Shown here: positions 9,939 through 20,725 of the stretch, in pieces
How the letters are laid out: each line of letters begins with the position of its first letter
Numbering within the stretch: position 1 is the first letter of the stretch
Source of the DNA: Limnochordia bacterium
Lineage (GTDB): Bacteria; Bacillota; Limnochordia; DTU080
Length of the DNA: 64,000 nt
Reading direction: 5' to 3'
Assembly (NCBI GenBank): GCA_050951545.1
Contig: JBMNJG010000016.1
Location: 1 to 64,000 of the forward strand
Program-made: the position numbers and the translations under genes
Notes under the pieces: generated by a model
What the model was told of the DNA's origin: nothing
Database searches by the model: none
Seen by the model: only the letters and a program-made list of their open reading frames with translations

Positions 9939-9963
9939 CGGTCGCCATAGGCGGCCGTTTTTT
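9939..9963 (+). terminator. Intrinsic terminator, riboswitch expression platform
   Basis: CGGTCGCC-ATA-GGCGGCCG-TTTTTT between the aptamer and the pdxS RBS. Confidence 0.8.
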
Positions 9964-10012
9964 GTTCCGCATGCCCCGTTAGGCACCCACAAACCAGATG
10001 GAGGGGTTGGCG

Positions 10013-10903
10013 ATGAACAAGACACGACGAGCAGTTCGAGACGTCAAGCGGGGACTCGCTGAAGGACTCAAAGGTGGCGTCATTATGGATGTCACCAATG
10101 CCGATCAGGCTAAGATCGCTGAGGATGCCGGTGCGGTGGCCGTCATGGCCTTGGAACGCGTACCTGCCGACATCAGGGCCACTGGTGGCGTAGCACGTAT
10201 GAGCGACCCAAGCATGATCGAAGCGATTCAGGCGACAGTCAAGATTCCCGTCATGGCCAAGGTACGCATCGGCCACTTCGTCGAAGCCCAGATTCTGCAG
10301 GCCATGGCCGTGGATTTCATTGACGAAAGCGAGGTCCTTACCCCGGCCGACGAAGAGAACCATGTCGACAAGTATGCCTTTGACACGCCTTTTGTGTGTG
10401 GGGCTCGTAATCTAGGGGAGGCACTGCGCCGCATTGCAGAAGGGGCGGCGTTGATCCGCACCAAAGGGGAAGCAGGCACTGGTGATGTCGTGGAAGCGGT
10501 CCGTCACATGCGAGCAATCACGGGCCAGATAAGGCAGCTTACTACCATGCAACCCGAGGAGCTGGCCACTGCCGCCAAGGAGCTCGGTGCCCCGCTGCAC
10601 CTGGTCATCGAGACAGCCGAGACTGGTCGTCTACCGGTCCCAAACTTCTCCGCTGGCGGGATCGCCACCCCAGCTGACGCCGCCCTGATGATGCAGCTAG
10701 GAGCAGAGTCAGTCTTTGTCGGATCCGGCATCTTCAAGTCGGAAGACCCTGCCCGCCGAGCGAAAGCTGTCGTAGAGGCTGTTTGTCACTATCAGGACCC
10801 TGCAGAGCTACTTCGCATATCGCGGGGTCTGGGTGAGGCCATGCGCGGCATGCAGGTATCCAGCATCAGCAGTGAGCAAAGACTAGCCCAACGCGGCTGG
10901 TAG
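10013..10903 (+). CDS. pdxS: Pyridoxal 5'-phosphate synthase lyase subunit
   Basis: [49 protein letters not shown]-terminal RGW. Confidence 0.98.
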   Translation: MNKTRRAVRDVKRGLAEGLKGGVIMDVTNADQAKIAEDAGAVAVMALERVPADIRATGGVARMSDPSMIEAIQATVKIPVMAKVRIGHFVEAQILQAMAVDFIDESEVLTPADEENHVDKYAFDTPFVCGARNLGEALRRIAEGAALIRTKGEAGTGDVVEAVRHMRAITGQIRQLTTMQPEELATAAKELGAPLHLVIETAETGRLPVPNFSAGGIATPADAALMMQLGAESVFVGSGIFKSEDPARRAKAVVEAVCHYQDPAELLRISRGLGEAMRGMQVSSISSEQRLAQRGW

Positions 10904-10974
10904 CTAACAGGTCTTTCGTACAGCTTGGGGGCCCGGATGGGGTACTGTCCTCAGCTAGGCCCCCCTGTGTTCGC

Positions 10975-13431
10975 TCAAAAGAACGCTGTCCACGCACTCT
11001 CGAGCCCGGACGCCCTGTAGTCGCCGTCTCCACTAGGGCTTCCTGTGACGTCAGTGTGACCGCCCACGGTCAGCTGTGATTGGGCACCGACCTGCCACCG
11101 CGCTGTCACGCGGCCACGTTGCTCAAATGTCACGCCCATTACCGCCCGTCTTGCCGAGCGAGCGAATGAGGCCTCCAATTGCGTACCGTCGACGCTAAAC
11201 GAGCCCGTCAACTCACCCCTCCAGACGGTGGCTTCGGTCTCCCAGTCCCTTCCTACTCGCATCTGCACCCGCGCATGTGGCGTGTAATACTGGCTGCTCC
11301 AGCTCAGTCGGTGTCCCACAGGAACGGTGCGTAATGAACGCTCCTCATCACCTTCGTTATCTGGATCTGGGCTATCGAGGCGAGGTTGCTCCAGAACGCC
11401 CGCGGTCAAGGTGATCTCCGTCTGCCACTGCGGCCTTGTCAGTGCCAGTCCATGCACTCGCTGCACGCCGCGCTGCTCTCCCAGCATGTCTCGTTCACCA
11501 AAGGCAAAGCATGCGCCTTGATAGGCCAGGTTCTTCCAAAGAGGTTGAATGATCTCGACACCGTAACTCGTTCGGTGCTGCAGCTCATCCGCCAGGACTG
11601 GGCTGTCGCGGGAGACAGAGGAACGACCTGCGGCCAGCACCTTCACGCTCATGCCATTGCTCTCGTAGTGGGTATTCACCTGGATTGCCGTGTCGCCGTG
11701 GAAAGACATGTCGTAACCACGGCGGCGCTTCAGCTCCACGGAGGCTCCAGCGGAAAGACCGAGAATGGCAAGAGGAACCTGGCCTTCTGCTCGCACATGC
11801 GCCACTTCTGAGGACGATAGCTGGATGCTTTCGCTGCTACCTCTCCCTGCACGGACCATCTCACTTTGCAGCCATTGTACTCGCCACCACGCCCGCGACG
11901 AGGAAGCGGAACTGGTTGCCTTCACGCGCCACACCGTCGAGGCATCAGGGAGATCCCCGCCAGGCTGACGACGATCTTGCTTCCACTGGACTGCCGCCCC
12001 TAGACGAGCATCGTCAGTTAGCTGCGCCTTGAACTGTGTAGATGACAGCAGCTCCCCCGGAGCACGTGCGCCCTTGCAGGCGAGCAAACCCCGTCGCTCG
12101 GCCTGCACCTCCCATCTGCCCAGTCTCCGCTGGGCCAGGACCCCCATCGTGACTCCACTGTGAGATCGGCCATCACTCTGGTGCCCATACATCCCCAGAC
12201 TCCATCCCACCAGACCTCGTTTCGAGATATATGACAGAACATGCTCCGCTTGCAGTTGCAGCTGAACTGGTTCGTCGCAGGCTAGCGGATCCATCGGCGT
12301 CTGACGCCATAGGACATTGAGCTTACTATGCCAGGGTGCGAGAAAGCCCTGGTAACCCGCTGTGAAGAGCCGATAGTCGGCGCCATCGGGCAAGTGGCCT
12401 AGGGAATGAAAACCGGACGGAACGGCACGGTAGTCGAAACCAGCCTGAACCTGTCCCAGCAGCCACGTCCCTCCGAGCTGCCGAGCGATGACATCGTGAG
12501 ATTGCGGCCGCGTTTCAGTAGTACCAAGCAACCATGAGGCACTGAGGTGAGAGGTAGGCGTTGGATGCCATCCGACAGCCGCCCCTCGCAGGCTCTGATC
12601 TGGTGGTAGTCCTACTGGTGAGGATTCGAGACCATAGGCCCGTTCGTTACCAGCCAGCAAATCAAGGCCGAACGAGCCATTGTCCCAGTGCGCTGCGGCC
12701 ACAGCAGTTCTTCTGGCCTGAGCCGCTTGGTACTCGTACACCACATCAATCCTGGAGTCCTCCAACACAGGCTCTCGGAAAGTGATGGCCCCAAGCTCGT
12801 AATCGATCGCGTAGTCAATCTCGGGCTGCAATAGCTGCCCATCGACGCTGACACGCTCAGAACCTTCCACAACTGGCACATGTAGCCCGTTCAACAGATA
12901 CGGCCCAACCAGTCCGCGACCTGACAGCTGCTCACGCATCGGCACTCCGAGCGGCTCACCGATAGCAGCCCGTACCCGCAATTTCCCAGCAGCGTTTGCA
13001 GTTACCTGACCCTGAACACCTGTGAGAAGCCGCTCCCAGGCCAGCAGGCCCGGAGCAGCAGCAGAAAAGCGCCTGCTGCCTGCAAACAGCTCTGCATTCG
13101 TCCCATGTATAAGCAACTCCAAACGCTCAGGCACTGGACGCGTGTCGTCATAGCTACCGTCGTAAGCCCAACCTCCGGGCAAACTCCCTCCGCCACGCAA
13201 AGCCAGGTGCTGGCGCAGTTGCCATCCGGCCTGTTTGCCTGTCTCCAGACGATACCGCTCGCTGTCGCCCTCGAGGGCAGTGCTCTCCAAGCTAAGCCGA
13301 TAACGCCCCGCCATGCTGCTGTCGACACGACTTTCGGCCCAGGCCACACAAGAGGCTGCGACTGCGGCAAACAGCAACCCCCACAGCAGCCAAAAGGAAG
13401 AAGCTACTACGCGCTCCCTAGGCTTGGCCAT
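10975..13431 (-). CDS. Putative outer-membrane beta-barrel protein with SprA-like segment
   Basis: Signal peptide; VVEGSERVSVDGQLLQPEIDYAIDYELGAITF segment; alternating beta-strand pattern; C-terminal Phe. Confidence 0.6.
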   Translation of the reverse strand: MAKPRERVVASSFWLLWGLLFAAVAASCVAWAESRVDSSMAGRYRLSLESTALEGDSERYRLETGKQAGWQLRQHLALRGGGSLPGGWAYDGSYDDTRPVPERLELLIHGTNAELFAGSRRFSAAAPGLLAWERLLTGVQGQVTANAAGKLRVRAAIGEPLGVPMREQLSGRGLVGPYLLNGLHVPVVEGSERVSVDGQLLQPEIDYAIDYELGAITFREPVLEDSRIDVVYEYQAAQARRTAVAAAHWDNGSFGLDLLAGNERAYGLESSPVGLPPDQSLRGAAVGWHPTPTSHLSASWLLGTTETRPQSHDVIARQLGGTWLLGQVQAGFDYRAVPSGFHSLGHLPDGADYRLFTAGYQGFLAPWHSKLNVLWRQTPMDPLACDEPVQLQLQAEHVLSYISKRGLVGWSLGMYGHQSDGRSHSGVTMGVLAQRRLGRWEVQAERRGLLACKGARAPGELLSSTQFKAQLTDDARLGAAVQWKQDRRQPGGDLPDASTVWRVKATSSASSSRAWWRVQWLQSEMVRAGRGSSESIQLSSSEVAHVRAEGQVPLAILGLSAGASVELKRRRGYDMSFHGDTAIQVNTHYESNGMSVKVLAAGRSSVSRDSPVLADELQHRTSYGVEIIQPLWKNLAYQGACFAFGERDMLGEQRGVQRVHGLALTRPQWQTEITLTAGVLEQPRLDSPDPDNEGDEERSLRTVPVGHRLSWSSQYYTPHARVQMRVGRDWETEATVWRGELTGSFSVDGTQLEASFARSARRAVMGVTFEQRGRVTARWQVGAQSQLTVGGHTDVTGSPSGDGDYRASGLESAWTAFF

Positions 13432-13435
13432 GCGG

Positions 13436-15586
13436 CTACGCTCCGCTGACGCGCAGGATCTTGACCCGACGCTCAGCAATTCGAAGATCAAGCTCCAAGG
13501 CATCCGCCTGTATGGAAGCTCGCTCCGTCAGCCGGAGGTGAAGGAGCGCCCGTGGACTCTCCGTCGAACCTTCGATCTGCACCGTGCCGTGGACCGCCCC
13601 GTCAACCAAGGCCGCTGGGATCCTGTGGCCCCCCATGGCAAGTAACGAAGAGAGTGACTGATCCGCTATTCGCAGATTGATAGCCAGCCGTTTCGTACCG
13701 CCTATGTCGAGGATCTTTCCGCTCATCCACCATGAGCCTCCATCCGCGGTTGTCGCCGCTAAGCCTGGACTCTCTAGATCACGCCCATCATAGCGGATAG
13801 CTCCCTCCAACCGCTGTAGCACCCCCTTACCAAGGTTCACATGACGGGCCACCAGCTTGCCTGCAAGGTAAGGACTGGTAACCGAACCGCCTACCTCGCC
13901 CGACCAAGAGAGCAGGCCTTGGCCTAGGTGTGCGTAGTGGATCGCCTCCAAAGGCCAGTCATTCATGTCAACGCTCAACCGCAAGAAGGCGCCGTCAAGG
14001 GCCGCTGAACCATCCACAACCAGGCTTCCTTGGCCGGAGAAAGCGCGTACATCGCGAAGGCGAAGTTCTCCATCACCCCAACGAAACGCTCCTTCGGCCT
14101 TCGGGACAAACTCGCCAAAAAGCTCCACATCCCTCACAGTGACATCCCCACTACTGATAACCGCGCCAAAGGGACCTTCGAAAGATAGGGTGCCGTCGAG
14201 GTGACCCTCCGCATCCACATCGACACCTAAGACGGCAAACAGCTGCTCAATGCGACCCTCGCTCGCTTGCAGGTCTATAGAGAGGCTGGCAGCCTGCACA
14301 CCGCTTAATCCTGAAACAACGCCCTGCATCTCGTAACGAGCATCACCGCTTTTCACATGCACATCGTCAAAACCAAAGCGGTCGATGCTAAGCCGGATAC
14401 GGCCTTGAACCTCACTGACAGGTTCATCCCATAGCGTCCCGTCGCGAAGTACCACACGACCTGCCAGCACGGGATTAGACACGTCTCCGGTAAGCTTGCC
14501 TTCGAAGGCACCAGTCCCTCTTATTCCCCAAGTCTCCAAGTGCGGGATATCCGCAGGCACACTCAACTCGCTTGCAGAGACCTCGATAGCCAGCTTGCCC
14601 TCGCTAAGCTGCCCCTTTCCCATCAGGCGTCCCGAGGCAGACAGTAGCTCAAGATAATCGAACTCCCACGAACCAGCGAGCATGGAGAATCTAGCCTGGG
14701 CCCCCACGAGTGGTAAAGGCTCTTCGAATGGCCATTGAGATGAGAAGAGCCTAGCTCCCTCTATCGAAGCCTGACCCCTCACTTTGGGACAGCGCCATGG
14801 GCCCTCGGCTATCAGATCAGCAGACACGGTGCCGCGCCCTTGCACAGCCACGGCAGGGACGTACTTACACAGATCAGTGGCTAGCCAGTCGGCAACACGC
14901 AGATGGGCCGTCAGCATCCCCTGCGCATCCACGTCACCATCGGCTGACAACTGGCCCGCTCCCCGACTGACATCGAGACGCTTTACCCGCAGCGTGTTGG
15001 CAGAGCTATGGAGAGCGAGCTCAAATCGCAGTGACTCAGGAGCGTCATCGCCCGACCAGATAAGCTGCCCTCGCCGCACGACAACAGCCGCTTGCGGCCA
15101 ATCAGGCGTTCTCCCCTGAGATCCCACCACATCGCTAGCCGCCCTCTCCTGACTTCCTTGGCTTGCGCTAGCCCCAGCTGTCTTGGGCAGCAAGCTACCT
15201 ATGAAGCTGAGACAGCTCTCAGAATCAAGAGTGATACGAGGTGAGATAAGGGAAATCTGCCGAAGACCTGCTAAGGGTCTTCTCCCTAAGATGGCAGAAA
15301 GACTGAAACTCAAGTGCACCCGGTCAACAGTGACTGGCTGAGCAATGACCCCTTCGTTCCTAGGCGTCAAAACCACCTGCTCCAGTACGAGACGCAAAGG
15401 CCCATCGAAGCGCGCCTGGCCAATCTGTACGTGCAAAGGCAACTGAGTCTCGAGGAGGGCTGCCGCCTGGCGAGCAAGGGTAGTCGGCAGAGACCCGCGG
15501 TTGAGAAAGAGCGTCGCCATAGCGACGCTGACTGTGAGTAAGAAAGCGACGGCTACACAGCTTCGCCACCCACTGAGACGGATCAT
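13436..15586 (-). CDS. AsmA-like/TamB-like repeating beta-groove protein
   Basis: N-terminal TM anchor and repeated G.l.G.l..P.l.G beta-taco-type motifs. Confidence 0.65.
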   Translation of the reverse strand: MIRLSGWRSCVAVAFLLTVSVAMATLFLNRGSLPTTLARQAAALLETQLPLHVQIGQARFDGPLRLVLEQVVLTPRNEGVIAQPVTVDRVHLSFSLSAILGRRPLAGLRQISLISPRITLDSESCLSFIGSLLPKTAGASASQGSQERAASDVVGSQGRTPDWPQAAVVVRRGQLIWSGDDAPESLRFELALHSSANTLRVKRLDVSRGAGQLSADGDVDAQGMLTAHLRVADWLATDLCKYVPAVAVQGRGTVSADLIAEGPWRCPKVRGQASIEGARLFSSQWPFEEPLPLVGAQARFSMLAGSWEFDYLELLSASGRLMGKGQLSEGKLAIEVSASELSVPADIPHLETWGIRGTGAFEGKLTGDVSNPVLAGRVVLRDGTLWDEPVSEVQGRIRLSIDRFGFDDVHVKSGDARYEMQGVVSGLSGVQAASLSIDLQASEGRIEQLFAVLGVDVDAEGHLDGTLSFEGPFGAVISSGDVTVRDVELFGEFVPKAEGAFRWGDGELRLRDVRAFSGQGSLVVDGSAALDGAFLRLSVDMNDWPLEAIHYAHLGQGLLSWSGEVGGSVTSPYLAGKLVARHVNLGKGVLQRLEGAIRYDGRDLESPGLAATTADGGSWWMSGKILDIGGTKRLAINLRIADQSLSSLLAMGGHRIPAALVDGAVHGTVQIEGSTESPRALLHLRLTERASIQADALELDLRIAERRVKILRVSGA

Positions 15587-15706
15587 AGGGAGTGCTCAGC
15601 CCCTTCCGACGTCATCGTTTGACATCCCAGCTAGATCGCCTGCAAGCAGTTAGAGGCGGATCAGGTAGAGGATGGAGCACGTGCTTTTTTACGGCTGGTC
15701 TGGCAG

Positions 15707-16519
15707 TTAGAGGAGGGGACCCGCTAGGGCGATGAGAATCGCACTCGCCGCGAGAAATGGCCCAAAGGGAACGGCCTGCCCCCGCTGCCAGCGGCCACTC
15801 AGCAAGAAGGGCATGCCCACGACCGACCCAAGCAGAGAACCCAGAAAAAGAGCAAGCAGTGCAGCTCCAGGCCCCAGAAAGCTGCCTATGGCCGCTAGGA
15901 ACTTCACATCGCCCCCTCCCATGCCTCCTCGCCAGAGCAGAGCTAGCAACCACAGAATGCCGCCACCCACTGCGATGCCCGCCAGCGAGTACCAGGGAGA
16001 GAAGCGAGGTGACAGCATTGCCCATCCCCAGCTACTCAGCAAGCCCCGATCCATTGCTGGGTTCTTCGTCGGATCTATCTGTCTCACGACATACCAGACT
16101 GTGTTCAGCCCTAGCCCAAGAGCCATTCCGGAAATAGTTAGCATATTAGGCAAACGACGACACTCGAGGTCAATTACCGCCAAAAGCAATGCCCATAGAG
16201 CCAGTGTAACCTGCACAACGAAGTACCAGCTCAGGCCATAGCGCAGAAAGAAAAGGGAAACCAATCCGCCGCTGATAACCTCTATCAGAGGATAGCGACC
16301 AGAGATCTCTTGCCCGCAGTAGGCGCATCTCCCCCGCTGCAGCAGGTAGGAAAGCACGGGCACAAGATCGGAGGCTTCCAGCGTACGCCCGCACTGCGGG
16401 CATTGCGAACGGGGCAAGACAAGTGACATGCCCCGGGGAATGCGGTAGGAGGCCGCTCCCAAGAAGCTGCCGAAGACACAACCAACAAAGAAAATCAGCG
16501 CATGCAGTAGTGCTGTCAT
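15707..16519 (-). CDS. Prepilin peptidase (A24 family, PilD/ComC-like)
   Basis: GSFL...YRIP, CPQC/CAYC zinc motif, ID..R.LPN, GMGGGDVK, PFGPFL. Confidence 0.93.
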   Translation of the reverse strand: MTALLHALIFFVGCVFGSFLGAASYRIPRGMSLVLPRSQCPQCGRTLEASDLVPVLSYLLQRGRCAYCGQEISGRYPLIEVISGGLVSLFFLRYGLSWYFVVQVTLALWALLLAVIDLECRRLPNMLTISGMALGLGLNTVWYVVRQIDPTKNPAMDRGLLSSWGWAMLSPRFSPWYSLAGIAVGGGILWLLALLWRGGMGGGDVKFLAAIGSFLGPGAALLALFLGSLLGSVVGMPFLLSGRWQRGQAVPFGPFLAASAILIALAGPLL

Positions 16520-16722
16520 AGCCGGGTAGCACCTTCTTCGGCGTGCTGGTCACCTGTAGTGTTCGATCATGTGCCGACATGCCCTCCCTGCTCACTGTGC
16601 AAGATGTATCTGGGACACTTCCTTAACCCGGATTCTGTGAGTCAGTAGGAAAACTGACGAACGTTGACAAACTACACATTAACGGCATGGCTCTGCGAGC
16701 CGTCTAGGAGGTTGTTTCCATC

Positions 16723-19350
16723 ATGCGACCAGTCTGTCTTCTTCTTGCCCTCGCGGTGCTGGTATGTACGCCGTCAGCTGCTATCGGAGAGCAGGTGGCA
16801 ACTACGGTCGCCCCCGAGACCAGTCCCGCTGCTCATGATCTCCTGCGTATGCAGGCACCAAAGGCTGGTACCGGGTTTGCCTACGACCTGCAAACTGCAG
16901 GCTCCATTACCATTACGCAATCTGGCTCCCGCCAAGAGCAAAGCGTCTCCTTATTTGCCGGCCTCGAATTGCGTTGGGACGCCGAAACCGCGAGCAGGCT
17001 CTATCCAGCACGGCTCAATCTTGTCGCTCCCCATTTGAGTGTAGGAGGCAAAGAGAGACCATTTGAGCAGGAACCCGGAATGCTCGCTACTGGCTTTGAC
17101 GCCCACGGACAGATCCTGTGGGCCCAGACCCCCACCCGCCTACGCGAGCTAGGTCTTGATCTCACCCAGTTGCTCTTAGGCATCAGCGTCCCTTCCCCAT
17201 TCACTCATCTTCTCCCCGGAGCCACTTGGACAGCGAATGCTGTCTTGGGCGATCCCACTGCCAAAGACGCCAGCTTTGACATCCGAACCACATACACTTT
17301 TGTTGGTTTCGAGGAGAGACGACGCCACGTCTATGCTCTCGTACGGGGCAGCATCCTCCTTACCCCTAAGAATCCACCCACGCGTCACAGCTACGTTGGG
17401 CGCCTCGAAGCCTACTTGGACCCTGCCACTGGTCGGGTTGTCGAAAGCGCTACAAGCCTTGACGTACAGGCCAAACTGCAGCTGCCCGGTGCCAGGGCCG
17501 ATGTCACGGAAGAAGCGTCCGTGCGCATGGTCTTGACCACTTATCTGCTGGATCTTGGACCGGCTTCCGCTGCACCAACGAGCGCTACGCCGCCGCCATC
17601 AATCGAACCTGCCAGACCTGAAACGCCGCGACCACCAGTGATCTCAGTAGGCCAACCCAAAACCGAACCGCTCGATCCAGAAGAACCAGTGCTTACCACA
17701 GCACCTGTGCCGCCCAGTGAGTCCACTGATGAAGAACCGCCCGAACAGATCACACCGACCCCTGTCGTCATCCAGATCATGGAGCCCAAGTCACCACCAA
17801 CACCAATGCGAACAGTACAAAGCGGCGCAGAATTTGTTGATCCAGCCGGCCGTTTTTCCATCACCCTGCCCCTGGGATGGGAGAGCAAAACCTATGAGCT
17901 TACGGCCGACACTACCTCGTTCGCTGGTCCGACGGAACCGCAGATGATCTACGTATTCGTGGATCAGGCTGAACCTGGGAGTTTGGGAAGTTTCGCGCGC
18001 TCTGTGCTCGGTGCATATGCTAGTAGTTCAGAGCAGTTCCGCCTTCGCACCGACCTGCAACCGATCTCCATGGGTGATGTCCCAGCTTTTGTGGCCCACT
18101 ATGCCTACCCCCAAGCAGCCACCGGCGAAATGGTGGAAGAGTTGGTGTTCTTTGGCCGTTACGAAGACTTTAACTACGTCTTGCAGTACTCAGGTACCCC
18201 AGAACACATAAGTGCGCAGAAGGTAGAGCTTATTCGGTACTTTTCTAACGCCTTCCGCTTAGGCCCTACCCCTGATGGCACCGTGCCCGTCTCCTTTCTC
18301 ACCAGCTCCGGCACGCGTCTTCATGTGGATGGACAGCGGCGCTACAGTCTCGAGATTCCTAACCTCTGGCCAGTTTTCTTCCGCGCCGAAGACGACAGCT
18401 CCATTACTTTTGCCGAACTAGGGAAAAATGGGTATCTTACCATCTACGCCCAGGACGGCATGGAGAGACACACGCCCGATAGTGTTCTCCGATCTTGGCG
18501 TGGGCAATGGATCCGGCAGGAACAAGGCTTCAAGGAACTGACGCCCATGCAGCCCGCGACACTCTCTGGCTATAGTGCGGCCACCATGTCTTACGAGTGG
18601 ATCAACTCAGATGGCCGCGTCTGGCAACGGCGCGTAGTGACCACCATCCAGCAAGGCATGCTCTACGCCGTGGTAATGGACTACGTAGCCGCCGGAGCCC
18701 CAGACAAAGCCGGGGTGTTCGCACACACCCTGAACAGTTTCCGCATACCCCAAACTCTAGCTTCGATCCCAGCACAGTCGTCGCAGAAAGAGCGCCCCAC
18801 CCCGTCTACCACAGTGCCGAGTGAGCCAAGTGCCGCAGGCGACGGCGTACTGACAGCTACGGGTCGTATCTCCTTGGCATCGCAGGTGCGACTCGAAGAA
18901 CCACTCTCAAGCACCCGCGTGCTTCTCGTCGGACGCCTTGGCGAAAGAATCGCGAGTGAGATCCGCTGGCTGAGCGGCGTCACCATTCGTATGCGTGTAG
19001 GCCAATCGGTCTACGCAGCCCGTACAGACGCTAACGGTTACTTCGCATTCGCCAACGCCGCACCCGTGACTTCAGGTGCGTACGTTCTCTTAGGGGCTGA
19101 GGGACCTATGCTTGGCTATAACGAGACCGTAAACGTGGCTTTCAGCGGCGTGCAGGTAACACCTGGAACTAGCCGATTGGTTGAAGCAGGACATATCGTG
19201 ATGGAACTGGTGAACGGTGGGGCCTTGCACGTGACGCAGGCACTCCCACAAAGTCTCCCTGACCCGCGTGAGTTACCTCGCTACTTCCTGACCAATTACA
19301 CCGAGAGCGGTTGGACAAGTGTCCTGCGAAGCGCGCTGACCCATCCTTGA
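16723..19350 (+). CDS. Secreted multidomain protein with Pro-rich linker and two PsbP/DcrB-like domains
   Basis: Signal peptide; P/T/E-rich linker; two domains starting [11 protein letters not shown] and D...RYSLEIP..W. Confidence 0.65.
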   Translation: MRPVCLLLALAVLVCTPSAAIGEQVATTVAPETSPAAHDLLRMQAPKAGTGFAYDLQTAGSITITQSGSRQEQSVSLFAGLELRWDAETASRLYPARLNLVAPHLSVGGKERPFEQEPGMLATGFDAHGQILWAQTPTRLRELGLDLTQLLLGISVPSPFTHLLPGATWTANAVLGDPTAKDASFDIRTTYTFVGFEERRRHVYALVRGSILLTPKNPPTRHSYVGRLEAYLDPATGRVVESATSLDVQAKLQLPGARADVTEEASVRMVLTTYLLDLGPASAAPTSATPPPSIEPARPETPRPPVISVGQPKTEPLDPEEPVLTTAPVPPSESTDEEPPEQITPTPVVIQIMEPKSPPTPMRTVQSGAEFVDPAGRFSITLPLGWESKTYELTADTTSFAGPTEPQMIYVFVDQAEPGSLGSFARSVLGAYASSSEQFRLRTDLQPISMGDVPAFVAHYAYPQAATGEMVEELVFFGRYEDFNYVLQYSGTPEHISAQKVELIRYFSNAFRLGPTPDGTVPVSFLTSSGTRLHVDGQRRYSLEIPNLWPVFFRAEDDSSITFAELGKNGYLTIYAQDGMERHTPDSVLRSWRGQWIRQEQGFKELTPMQPATLSGYSAATMSYEWINSDGRVWQRRVVTTIQQGMLYAVVMDYVAAGAPDKAGVFAHTLNSFRIPQTLASIPAQSSQKERPTPSTTVPSEPSAAGDGVLTATGRISLASQVRLEEPLSSTRVLLVGRLGERIASEIRWLSGVTIRMRVGQSVYAARTDANGYFAFANAAPVTSGAYVLLGAEGPMLGYNETVNVAFSGVQVTPGTSRLVEAGHIVMELVNGGALHVTQALPQSLPDPRELPRYFLTNYTESGWTSVLRSALTHP

Positions 19351-19427
19351 CAAGCACCACCACCCCGCGACGGCATAGGATAGGACTACCGAGGCGTAAC
19401 ACGATTTGCTGGGGAGGCAGGGTTCCT

Positions 19428-20009
19428 ATGACCAAGGCAGACGCGGGGTTTACCTTGTGGTTTACCGGCTTGTCGGGTGCAGGCAAATCTACCGTGGCGT
19501 CCATTGTGTACGACGAGCTGCAACGTCGCCAAATCCCGGTGGAACTGCTTGACGGCGATGAGGTGCGCACGCATCTCAGTAAGGGCCTGGGCTTCTCCCG
19601 GCAAGATCGCGACACCAACATCCAACGAATAGCCTTCGTTGCCCGACTGCTGAATCGGCATAAGGTCGCGGCTATTGCGGCTGCCATATCTCCCTACAGG
19701 GCCACCCGAGAAGCAGTGCGTTGCCAGATCCGCAATTTTGTGGAGATCTTCGTCAAATGTCCCCTTGACGTCTGTGTGAGCCGTGACGTCAAAGGGCTGT
19801 ACAAGAAGGCGCTTGCTGGGGAGATCGACCATTTCACAGGCGTAAGTGATCCATATGAGGAACCCCTGCAACCCGAGCTGGTGCTGGAGACTGCTTTTGA
19901 GACGCCTGCTGTCAGTGCTGCTAAGGTGATGGCGCTGCTGGAACAACTCGGTCACATCGAACCCGGGCAACGGATACTGACACTCAGCCGCACGGAGGCG
20001 AAGCGTTAG
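19428..20009 (+). CDS. cysC: Adenylyl-sulfate kinase
   Basis: [37 protein letters not shown]. Confidence 0.96.
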   Translation: MTKADAGFTLWFTGLSGAGKSTVASIVYDELQRRQIPVELLDGDEVRTHLSKGLGFSRQDRDTNIQRIAFVARLLNRHKVAAIAAAISPYRATREAVRCQIRNFVEIFVKCPLDVCVSRDVKGLYKKALAGEIDHFTGVSDPYEEPLQPELVLETAFETPAVSAAKVMALLEQLGHIEPGQRILTLSRTEAKR

Positions 20010-20714
20010 GTGAACTCATTTGACCCCCCGTCCAATCCCGAGCCAGTTCAGCTTCTGACCTGGGCGGCTCAGCGCTTTCCCGGCCGAGTCGCCCTCACCT
20101 GTAGCTTCGGCGGACCCGGTGGTCTGGTCCTGGCGCACATGATCTACGAGCACCGCTTAGGTATTCCGCTGCTTTTCATCGACACAGGCTTTCTTTTCGC
20201 GGAAACCTACGCACTGCGAGAAACGTTTGCCAGGCGCTACGGCTCTACGATCCTGACTGTCACACCCCAACTGAGCCCTGGTGAGCAAACAGACCTCGTT
20301 GGCGCACGCCTGTGGGAACGAGATCCCGACGCCTGTTGTCGCCTGCGAAAGGTTGAGCCCATGCAACGCGCACTGGCCCAACTCAACGCATGGGTATGCG
20401 CTCTACGGCGAGATCAATCGCCCACCAGAGACAGCATTCAAGTCGTGGAAGATCACCGCACAGCCGACGGTCGCCACATATGCAAGGTCAACCCCTTAGC
20501 ATGCTGGACACGTACTCAGGTATGGGAGTACCTGATGCGACACGACGTCCCCTACAATCCGCTTTGCGACCAAGGCTTCGAAAGCATAGGGTGCATGCAG
20601 TGTACCCGGCCTATTTCCCCGGGAACACAGATGCGATCTGGAAGATGGCCTGGAAGCAACAAGATCGAGTGCGGCCTCCATACCTTCACCGACAGACAAC
20701 CCCAACAGAGCTGA
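20010..20714 (+). CDS. cysH: APS/PAPS reductase, iron-sulfur type
   Basis: IDTG, CC..RK, SIGC..CT, RSGRW, ECGLH motifs. Confidence 0.93.
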   Translation: MNSFDPPSNPEPVQLLTWAAQRFPGRVALTCSFGGPGGLVLAHMIYEHRLGIPLLFIDTGFLFAETYALRETFARRYGSTILTVTPQLSPGEQTDLVGARLWERDPDACCRLRKVEPMQRALAQLNAWVCALRRDQSPTRDSIQVVEDHRTADGRHICKVNPLACWTRTQVWEYLMRHDVPYNPLCDQGFESIGCMQCTRPISPGTQMRSGRWPGSNKIECGLHTFTDRQPQQS

Positions 20715-20725
20715 TCCGCTGCATA

